Shown here: positions 30,052 through 39,800 of the stretch, piece by piece | How the letters are laid out: each line of letters opens with the position of its first letter | Numbering within the stretch: position 1 is the first letter of the stretch | Assembly (NCBI GenBank): GCA_009859145.1 | Contig: VRVR01000060.1 | Coordinates: 1-64,000, forward strand | Length of the DNA stretch: 64,000 bases | From: Andalucia godoyi And28 | Lineage: Eukaryota > Protista > Jakobida | Reading direction: 5' to 3' | Position numbers and translations under genes: made by a program | Notes under the pieces: generated by a model | The model's input: only the letters and a program-made list of their open reading frames with translations | Told to the model about the DNA's origin: nothing | Database searches by the model: none

Positions 30052-32733
30052 ATGAAAGAACAACCATTGTCTGATGTTCTCCGGGAACTAAAGAGAAAGT
30101 GCATAGTCCCAATAGTTGATAAAACGAATGGTGGACAGGTGTGGAAGACTTCAACTCATCGGTACACGCTGGATAATAGCAGGAAAATTGCAGTGTATGC
30201 GTTCCAGAAAGAGTTCCAGTGTGTCCACACGTTTGAAGGTCACTCAAGCGCGGTATGCAATGTTGTTATTTCCCCTGATGGACTACGCATTGTCTCCAGA
30301 TCGGATGACAAGACCGTGAAGGTGTGGCAAGACGGACAATGCGTCCAGACGCTGGACGGACATTCCAGTTTTGTGTGTTGTGTTGCGCTCTCGCCTGACG
30401 GGAACCGTATTGCCACCGGATCGGATGACAGGACTGTGAAGGTGTGGCAAGACGGACAATGCGTCCAGACGCTGAACGGACATTCCAGTTCTGTGTGTTG
30501 TGTTTCTTTTTCGCCTGACGGAAACCGTATTGCCACCGGATCGAAAGACAGGACTGTGAAGGTGTGGCAAGACGGACAATGCATCCAGACGCTGAGCGGG
30601 CATTCGGGACGTGGCTCTTGTGTTTCTTTTTCGCCTGACGGAAACCGTATTGCCACCGGATCGAACGACAGGACCGTGAAAGTGTGGCAAGACGGAGTGT
30701 GTGTCCAGACGTTTGTAGGCCACTCTAGCGGGGTATGCAGTATTGCATTTTCGCCGGATGGAATGCGTATTGCCACCGGATCGGCTGATAAGACCGTGAA
30801 AGTGTGGGAAGACGGACAGTGCGTCCAGACGTTTGAAGATCACACCAACTCGGTGTATAGTGTTGCGTTTTCGCCTGATGGAAAGCGTATTGCTTCCGGA
30901 TCTGCTGATAAGACCGTGAAAGTGTGGAAAGATGAACAGTGCGTCCAGACGTTTGAAGGTCACACCAGCGCGGTGTACAGTGTTGCTTTTTCGCCGGATG
31001 GAATGCGTATTGCTTCCGGATCGGATGACAAGACTGTGAAAGTGTGGGATTTGCCATTCGATCTGAAATATACTGCTACCATTCCTACTCATTCGCCTCT
31101 TGTTACATTCGCCGTTTCAACCGACCCTGATTGTTTCGCGTCAGTTCACCAGGATGGCGATATTTTCGTCTGGAAGAAAGACACGTGTGTTTACACCGTG
31201 TCTTTGCGCGATGTCGACTGGATGGCTTTTTGCAGTTCCTCCATCTTGATGGGTGAGCAGACCAATGGCAAAGCATTCGTTATCGAGAATGGTCGTCTAA
31301 TTTGGAATGATGCTGCGCATAACAGCACCTTTGTAAGATCTGCGTTGTTGAAAATCAAGACAGCAAACCAGTCGGAAAACGACTGTGTTTTTGGAGAGGG
31401 TGCGAGTTCATTGCGTTTGGCAGAGGAAAGGTGCGATCGGATAAGATGCCAAGAAGAGATGGAGGCTGTCCAATTGCGAAAATCCGCGGAAGCAAGCGTT
31501 GCAGCTGCAAAGGAAATGTCGACCTCGCTTCGCGCATACATTTTGTCGCTCGAATCCGCGCTTGATCGCGTTCATTTCGACTTTGACTTCTTTGCTGAAA
31601 AACTGGATCGTCGAGATCTGTCCGAAATCGTGGAGACATCGTTAACGAGCATTCGCACAGTGCAGAAATTTTGTTCGCTGGAGTTAAAGAAATTCTTTCC
31701 CACACCAACAGACGAAAACGCGTACTCGAGGGAGTCGATTGCAGTCGGCGAAATGGTAGCGTATGGCGGCCAAGGAGTAGTGCACAAGTGTATTGTCAAT
31801 AACCGTGTCGCAGCATTGAAAGAGCCTGTGTTCCGGCAAGTGGTGAAAGCGAATGGAATCACTGTTTCGGCGTCGGAAACCAATCGTCGCTCTGCGTTCG
31901 AGTCGTTGCGAAATGAATACGAGGCATTGTGCGCCATTTCTAGCCCGAACGTTGTCCGTCCTGTTGCGTTGCTTGTCGAGGATGGAACCAATGAATTGGC
32001 AGGTTTTTTGCAACAGTTGTGCTCGGAGGGCGATCTTGTTTCTTATTTGAAGCGCGTACGTTCCCACGATGTTTTGTCAGACAATCGGTTGTTTAGGATC
32101 GCTTTGCAAGTGGCTCTGGGACTGTCTGCGGTCCGTTCCGCAGGATTTGTTCATCGCGATGTCAAGGCGTGTAACTTTCTCGTGTGTTTAGATGAGCAGG
32201 GTAGTGAGATTGTGAAGATTGGTGATCTCGGGACTGCGGACTTTTCGGAGTACAATCAGAACCACACAATGCCGATTGGCACGACCGGTGAATTTCGACC
32301 GACGTCGCGGTACGCATCGCCGGAGTACGTCGGTGGCAAAGTTCTTCGAGCAAAGTATCAACAGTCGGTATCGCATGATCTGTGGGGATACGGCCATGTG
32401 TTGTACGAATGCGCGACGGGAAAGATTCCGTACTACGAAGAAGAAGAAGATCGCGACGCTGAAGACCGTATTCGAGATGGAGAGACTCCGACATGGCCTC
32501 TCGATTCGAAAGTTCCCGACTGGTTGAAATCGCTTTGTGAGAAGTGCTGGACGACTTCTCCCGAAATGCGGCTCGCGGCGTTTCCTTGTCAGTTCCAGTC
32601 GATTGTGCTCGACCTTTGCCGTATGGACCCCGAAACTGCAAAAGGCGTGATGATCGACCTTGCACGATTCGAACGAGCGGAGATCCGGGATATTTTCGTC
32701 ACTGCTTCTCCGTTTCTTGCTTCCGGGGATTAA
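30052..32733 (+). CDS. WD40-repeat + coiled-coil + Ser/Thr (TKL-like) protein kinase
   Basis: Likely ATG at 30052 after a pyrimidine tract. Seven near-identical GH...WD-type repeats. Kinase motifs GGQGVV, AALKE, HRDVKACN, KIGDLG, YASPE. Confidence 0.92.
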   Translation: MKEQPLSDVLRELKRKCIVPIVDKTNGGQVWKTSTHRYTLDNSRKIAVYAFQKEFQCVHTFEGHSSAVCNVVISPDGLRIVSRSDDKTVKVWQDGQCVQTLDGHSSFVCCVALSPDGNRIATGSDDRTVKVWQDGQCVQTLNGHSSSVCCVSFSPDGNRIATGSKDRTVKVWQDGQCIQTLSGHSGRGSCVSFSPDGNRIATGSNDRTVKVWQDGVCVQTFVGHSSGVCSIAFSPDGMRIATGSADKTVKVWEDGQCVQTFEDHTNSVYSVAFSPDGKRIASGSADKTVKVWKDEQCVQTFEGHTSAVYSVAFSPDGMRIASGSDDKTVKVWDLPFDLKYTATIPTHSPLVTFAVSTDPDCFASVHQDGDIFVWKKDTCVYTVSLRDVDWMAFCSSSILMGEQTNGKAFVIENGRLIWNDAAHNSTFVRSALLKIKTANQSENDCVFGEGASSLRLAEERCDRIRCQEEMEAVQLRKSAEASVAAAKEMSTSLRAYILSLESALDRVHFDFDFFAEKLDRRDLSEIVETSLTSIRTVQKFCSLELKKFFPTPTDENAYSRESIAVGEMVAYGGQGVVHKCIVNNRVAALKEPVFRQVVKANGITVSASETNRRSAFESLRNEYEALCAISSPNVVRPVALLVEDGTNELAGFLQQLCSEGDLVSYLKRVRSHDVLSDNRLFRIALQVALGLSAVRSAGFVHRDVKACNFLVCLDEQGSEIVKIGDLGTADFSEYNQNHTMPIGTTGEFRPTSRYASPEYVGGKVLRAKYQQSVSHDLWGYGHVLYECATGKIPYYEEEEDRDAEDRIRDGETPTWPLDSKVPDWLKSLCEKCWTTSPEMRLAAFPCQFQSIVLDLCRMDPETAKGVMIDLARFERAEIRDIFVTASPFLASGD
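30220..31050 (+). repeat. Coding tandem repeat, 120-bp unit (40-aa WD40), about 7 copies
   Basis: Units restart at 30331, 30451, 30571, 30691, 30811 and 30931 with high nucleotide identity. Confidence 0.95.
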
Positions 32734-33898
32734 AAATAACAAATTTCATTTGTTTTCAATCCTTGGCAAAGTGTGGTCTAGGCCGATGATGCTCTGAAAG
32801 TTTTCATCAAAAAAATTACTTTCTAGAAGTGCCCCAGCATCGCGGGCTGCGTCTTGTTACAAGTCCGCCCTTCTCCCGTCTGGAGTCTGTAAATGGAGGT
32901 GGTGTCGAGAACTTTGTATTTCCTGAAGTTGTTTGTAAACTATGTTGCGCATTTGATGAATACTCCATCGATTTGATCCGGGAGATTGACGAATCTCTGA
33001 AAAGTGAAAACGGGACCGCAAAACTGTTGTAAACCTGCAAAGTTTGCCGAATGTCGAGCGCTTCTGAAACCGTGAGCAGGAAAATCGAAATTTCAGCTTC
33101 TCGGATGCAGATCTTCTTTTCTTCAATTTCTTCATTCGCTTGGCTTCAAAGTGGATGAACTGAATCTGACATCGCATACTTCTAAGAACGACGCATCGAA
33201 CGATGTAACATGCCACGATGATCCAGATGAGAGCGACATCCATTCCATCGAAGGTGTTGCTGATGACAGTGCCATTCAAGAAGACACAGAAGGCGAATCT
33301 TCCCAAGCAAATTCTCGTTCTGAAAATTCACTGGAATCCTTGTATAATTTAGTACAATTATTTGCTCTGATTACAGTTTTCCGGGAACGTCTCTGTCCTT
33401 TTTCCAGCGATGAATGAAAATGAATCGAAACAAAAGAAGAATTGTCTCGTTCAGTGGGCGCTTCGGAATATCCACAACAAAGACATTCCTGAAACGTTAT
33501 TGGAATTTATTGAGCCTTTTGTATTGGATCCAAAGCACTTGTCTGGTGTTCATGACATGATCAAAAAAACATCGTTTGATTTCTGACGAATTGGTACACA
33601 ACAACAAAGAATTTGAACTTCACGAAGCATGGAAAAGAAAGAAATTATGCGATGAAGACTGGGAGAACCTTCGCGGACGGTCCTCTTCGCTTCTTGTTTT
33701 CTACCATTGTCACACCATTCGACATGGTCTACGCAGTTTGGGCAAGACAAGCAAGGAACCATGTTCCTGGTCATTTTGAACCCGTTTTTGAGTGTAAACC
33801 AGGACAAAAAGTCAAGACTGCACGTGCGAAACAAGTCGGAAATGGAAACAACATCTCCTTCCTAATTAGAAAAACACTCAATATTTGCAATGTAACAT

Positions 33899-36800
33899 CT
33901 ACGCAGGCAAAATCACTTCCAAATATCCCACTACCGCGGGCCTTACTGGACAGTTTGGTCTACCGCAAAGCAAACAACGTATCACCGGGACCTTTGCCAC
34001 TTTCTGCACGCGTCTCGCAATTTCCTGCTGCATAGCTTCCATTTCCTTCTTCACCGTTTCGACATCTCTCTTTGTTTTCTTGGCCACTTCGCGAGCAATC
34101 TCTTCATCTGCTTCTTCCTTCATCAGTCGATTCACAGCGTCATCACGGTTCATTCCAAGGTGCAAAAGTGCACCACGCAATCCATCTTGCAGCCATGACG
34201 GTGCAACCGGAGAAACATCCGCATTCAAGCGACTTTTTTCCGTTTCCTCCTTGATATCTTCATCGTGGGATTTCACTTCCGTGGACTTTGCGATCTCAAA
34301 CTTTGACAGCAACGAGGGCGGGCTAACTTGCTGTTGCAGCTGTTGCGCTTGTGGTAGAATGCTGGGCAGCTCCGTGTGTGCCGAAGATGAACCACGCTTC
34401 CGTCGTTCTTGAAGAAATTGCAACATGGGCTGCGATACGTGATCTGACTTCACAGGAGTCACATCATCGTCCTCGTCGACTGACATCGATACGCTGATGG
34501 TGTGCTGCTCAACTTTCTTCGCGATTGTTTCGACATCCCGGCCATTTGCCCAGTTTGGCGTCTTGACAAGTTCGACAAAAATTTCTTGGGCTTTTGCGAT
34601 TGCACCTGCGTCCATCTTGAAGGAAACAGTCTGCAATTTCTTATCGAGGAGTTGGACACATTGCTCCTCAGTCAACGGTTTGAACAAAATTTGTTCTTGG
34701 AATCGACTTTTCAGTCCTGGATTCGTTTCCAACAGTTCGTCAATTTCCTTTTCATACCCAGCAAGAATCACCACCATTTTGCCCATGTACCTTGGATCCG
34801 TTAGCATCGACAGCAGCTGCTCGAGGGCTTCCGTACAGTACGGGCTCTTGCTTGGATGCAATCCATAGGCTTCGTCAATAAAGAGAACACGACCAAGTGC
34901 ACGGTCCATGACAGCCTCTGTTTTTGGTCTCGTCTGCCCGACAAAGGAGCCGATCAAATCCTTTGGAGTAACTTCTTCCACGTCCGCAGATGACAAAAGG
35001 TCAAGCGTGTAAAAGAATTCACCCATCTTTCTTGCAACAGTTGTCTTCCCCGTTCCAGGGGGCCCCACAAACCTAAAATTCAAGAACAACTTAGAAATGG
35101 GATCAACTCCTTTGTCCCTCCAGAAATCCACCGTTTGTTTCATGGCGATCATCGTTGTACGAATGCCATCACTTCCTACCAAACCCGCAAGGATGGCCTC
35201 CAAGGATCGACGGGGCGGGGCGCCAGCAACAAAATCTTCTTCCAAAAGAACTTTGCTCTGATTCACCGACTCTGCAACAGACATGTTTTTGCACCGTTTG
35301 GCGCAGTTTTCCCTGGCTTTCGAAAGCAGATTGTCCACGGCACCACCGTTTCCGAAGTTCGGCTTACACCTCAGCTTCTTCAGTTCCTCGATTGCCACTC
35401 GCTGAGCGTTTGTCGATACAGAGATACCCAGCTGCTGCACCTTGTTGTTCAAGATCCGGAGTAATTCGTCGTCGGTGAAATCTGCAAAGTAGAACGCCTT
35501 TTCGAGTGGGAAACGGCGTGCAAGACCAGGATTCGATACACGAAGAAGATGTTCCATTTCTTCACGATACCCACAGAGAACCACACATCGGTCTTCACTG
35601 GCCGTATTTTGCACCTCAGCCACGATAGTGTCAATCACTCCGACCTTGTACGGATCTGGAGTACTTCCTGTGATATTGCTGTTCTTGCCACCAGCGATCG
35701 GACAAAGCCCGTAGGCTTCGTCAATCACCAAAACACAACCTTCGGCCGCCTTCAGAATCGCCTTGGTCTGCTGTTCCGAAACACCCAATGCTCCACCGAG
35801 AAAATCGGCAGGTTTCTTAATGATCAAGTCACCCTTGCTAAGAAGACCAAGACTGCAGACGATTTCTCCAAACAGCTTTGCAACCGTCGTCTTCCCGGTT
35901 CCCGGACTCCCGAGAAATACCCGGTTGAGAAAGAAATCGGCCAGTTTTTCTTCCTTCTGTTCTCGAACGTAATTTCCTGCAATCTCTCTTGCCAAGCCAC
36001 GAATCGCGTCCTTTACCTCGCCAAGTCCTTCCATTGCTTCCAATCGACGCCAAGCAGGAATGTCATCCAATACTGGCGGTCCGTCAATCCCTACCACATC
36101 CGACATGGCAATAAACCATTCGTCCGGAAATTCGTTTTTCGAACGCAAGCTGATAATTCTACGACTCTGTCGTTGCAACACTTTCTCGATTGCATTCTCG
36201 ACAGCCCTCGCATTACCAAACCCTTCACGTCCACGAAGATAGCCAACACGACGAGAGAGAATGCGCATGATCTTTTCATCATCCACGTGATATCTGCCAT
36301 TCTGCTGCTTGGACAGATATCCTTTGGCAATAGCCAGCAATTCGGAATCGTCGAAGTCGGAAATGTCGAAAACTGTTGGGAATCGCGTCGGAAGTCCTTC
36401 GTTGAATTGCAAGAGCTTGTCCATTCGACCCTTGTAACCAGCTAGCACAACGGCCATTGTGCTCCTCTTGTTCTCGACTTCTGTTAAAAGCAAATCCAAC
36501 ACTTTGCCACCTTGACGATCCTGACCAGGATTAAGTTGATAAGCTTCGTCGATGAACAAAACACCTCCCTTCTCCACAGCTGCAATAGCTTTTTTCAACC
36601 CATCAACGCCATCGTCAACCAATCTTGCACCCGTAGTTTCTTCAAACGCCTTGCCGGGAAAGATGCCTTGTTCCGACAAGAATTCTGAGTAAATCCGTGC
36701 GATAGTCGTTTTCCCGGTACCAGGGTTCCCGGTAAGAATGAGACTGCGGCGTCCAACGGAAGGCTTCCCGTTCGCGCTGCGAGACTTGTCAAGCAGTATT

Positions 36801-39800
36801 GAATCATACATGTCAAGAAACTGCGTCTTGATGGTCTCGATCCCAATTAAGTTCATCAATTTGTCAATCGCAACGCTTGCTGCACCCTTGATAGCCTTTG
36901 CTTCCGACCACCTTTCGAATGCACCACTCAATGATTTGCCTGACTGACTGGATGAGTCGATGGATGGAGTCGATTGTTGCTTTGCCACTGTCAAGACGTC
37001 ATCACACAACTTGTTGAACAACTCTATCACAGTCGGAGGCAGTCCAGTGATGTGCTCAAAGAATGGACCGGCCGTTTCTGTCAACAACTTTTTGGCAGCC
37101 AGCGCACATACAGCGCCTCGCAAGACGCACTCATTGTCATCATACCGTTGCAAAAGGACCGCACTGGACACAAGATCTAAAATTCCGGAGATTTGGTCGC
37201 AAGACGCAACAATCTCCTTTTTTTCGTCCAAATCATTTCGCAAACTATCGTCATTGAGTTTTGAACGACATAGCATCAAAAACAATTGCAGATTTGGTAC
37301 GGTTGCTTGACTCATCTTTCCTGCCTTTGTCAAGGCCGCCCTCCATTCGTTTTGTGCACACTTTTCAAGCACAGTCTTCATCGTGTGTGAAAGTGCACCG
37401 CGTGCAAATGGAGGACAGTCCTCGAGCTCCGTGAACTTCCAATCAGTCACAAACGACAAAATTTCGTTCTCCTTTGGCAAACCACAAAATGCAATTACAA
37501 AGGAAAGGAAATCGGCAGTATCATTAGCGTTGCGAGGCTTCGTCGACAGCAGCATGCCATTCGACGTTGACATGTCGCTTGATCGAGGTCGTGCACCGCT
37601 CTGCGCATTTTCCTTTGGACTGGCCATCGTCATACGGCCATTTCCAGTACCCTGTGCACGAGATGGCTTCTCATTGTTCCGAATAGGAGCGGAGAGTGCT
37701 TGCGCCTTACGCTGTTCGGCCTTTTCCTTCATGCTGCTGATCTTTTCGTCTGTCTGTCCGGGTAGTGACGTTCGAGCCACCCTAAGTATGCATTCTCCGA
37801 TATCTGTTTCGAGCCGTAAGCGCTCATCCTCGAGTCTCCTCCTCTCTGAAATTTCAAGGGTCTGCATTTCAGTATTAATTTTTTGCAGTTGTGCTTCTCG
37901 TTCTGCTTTTTGCATTCTATGTTCAACCTCTTCAGCGTCACGCTTGCGCTGTTCTTCCGCTTCCGCTTTCTTACGCTTTTCTTCTGCCGCCTGGATCTTC
38001 TCGCAAATCTTGCATATTGAAGGACGTCCTACGTGACACTTGAAATGCAAAGGATGACCCTTTTCACAAGTTGACCGCACATCGGAAGTGCACTTCACAC
38101 TTTCATGACCTTCCAGTCGATGACACTTGCGTCCACACTTGTGGCCACAAGTCTCAAACACATATGTGCACGCCAACAAACACCCTCCATCAGGAGCGCA
38201 TTTCTTGAAATCGTCCACCGTTTCCAAGTAGCTTAGCTGGGTCGGGTGCCTATCGCACCTCACAGGAAGGCCTCTCACAACGGACTGGCGACTGTCGTTC
38301 GAAAGAAAATTGTTAATCTTCTTCCACAGTTCTGCGCCTTTCCGGTTAGATGCATTTGTCAAGGTTTCCATGTCGCCAAACAAAATCATCCCCAATCGAG
38401 CACGCGACAGAAGCACATTCACCCGCTCAGGTTCTGCGAGAAATCCGATGGAATGTGCCGGATTGCTGCGGACCAGTGATGCAACGACAATGTCAGCCTC
38501 TTCGCCCTGGTAGTTGTCAACAGTTGCAACGTAGATTTTTGGTCGTTTGTTCGAGGAACCACCATTTTGATCTATGTTTTCGCCGGCGCGAATCAAATCC
38601 TGGGCATCCATGTCGTTGAGGCTGACATCAAATTCTGTTCTTAGAGCCGTACGAATCTTTTGCAGTTGTCCTAAATATGGAGTAAGAACAACCATTTGCT
38701 CATCGTTGTATCCTTGTTGTAACAAGTACTTGCAGGTCGCAACAACCATGCCAACTTCAAAGGTGTTTGTCTTTGAACTTCCTGTTTCTTCTCCTCTTTG
38801 TTTGATGCTCTCGTGGTCCCCTTCTCCTTGCTGGTGATTGACAAATACAACGTTCTTCAAAAGTCCTCGAACATTGGCCCGGTTAAGAACGCTGGCATCA
38901 TCTCTCAAACTTGGATATGTCAGATGTCGCACGATGTCTGCGATTTCGTTCCGCATGCGATGCTGTTTCTGCAACATCGCGTGTGGATAACAATGATCAA
39001 CAATGAGACGTTCGAATAGAGATTTGTTCAAATCTAAGCCCTGTCTCGATTCCACTTGCATTTCGTATTTGTTGACTTTCGGTCGCAGCTGAAAATGATC
39101 GCCAATCATGATGACATGTTTGGTGTTTCGCGAGAGACTCGTCAATACGTGCGATTCGAGGATTTCACCAGCTTCTTCAACAAGGAGCACACCTGCACCA
39201 ATGCTCGCCAGTTCGGAAAAGTAATTCGCTGCACCTGTTGTGGTGCAACCAATAATCCTCTTCTTCAACATGGTCTGGATGTTCGACTGTGTCTTCATCT
39301 GCCGAAAACGGGCATCAATGCCCCGCATGGCACGCAGACAACATGCCAATTGTTCGACGAGGTCCTTGACAATCTCTTCTGTCCAATCTTGGAGCTGCTT
39401 GGCGCGTTCTGCTTTCGTCATTTCCCACAACTTCAATCTATCACGAATATGACCGTACGATTCCGGAAGCGGTTTTCCAGCAACCCATTTGCCAAATAAA
39501 TCGTCATCCGCTGCCGCTTTCCCACGTTTGCCGATCACGACTCCGAAATCATCAGATTTGTGCGTTCGTAAAGGATCCAGGTCTCTTCCTTTGGACAATT
39601 CTTCCATACCCGCAACAAGATCTCTCCAGAAAATTGTGGAATGCAAATTCAGCGCACGCAATCGCTCAAACAATTCCTTGGCTTCCTCCCGCAGTTCTCG
39701 CATTTCGTCCTTCGCTTGACCATATACGCGGTTCTCTTCTTTGCTGCGCGGCACTTGCTGATCTTTCTGACGCTGCAGGCTGAGATTTGCAATGCGGTCC

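Noticed and set aside
30240-31092. Minus-strand ORFs 30240-30776, 30283-31092 and 30725-31057 with repeated motifs
   Set aside because: Antisense shadows of the 120-bp WD40 coding repeat.
33151-33880. Acidic short ORF plus Cys/His fragments as a possible piggyBac-like remnant
   Set aside because: No DDD catalytic motifs, TTAA-flanked TIRs or continuous frame could be found.
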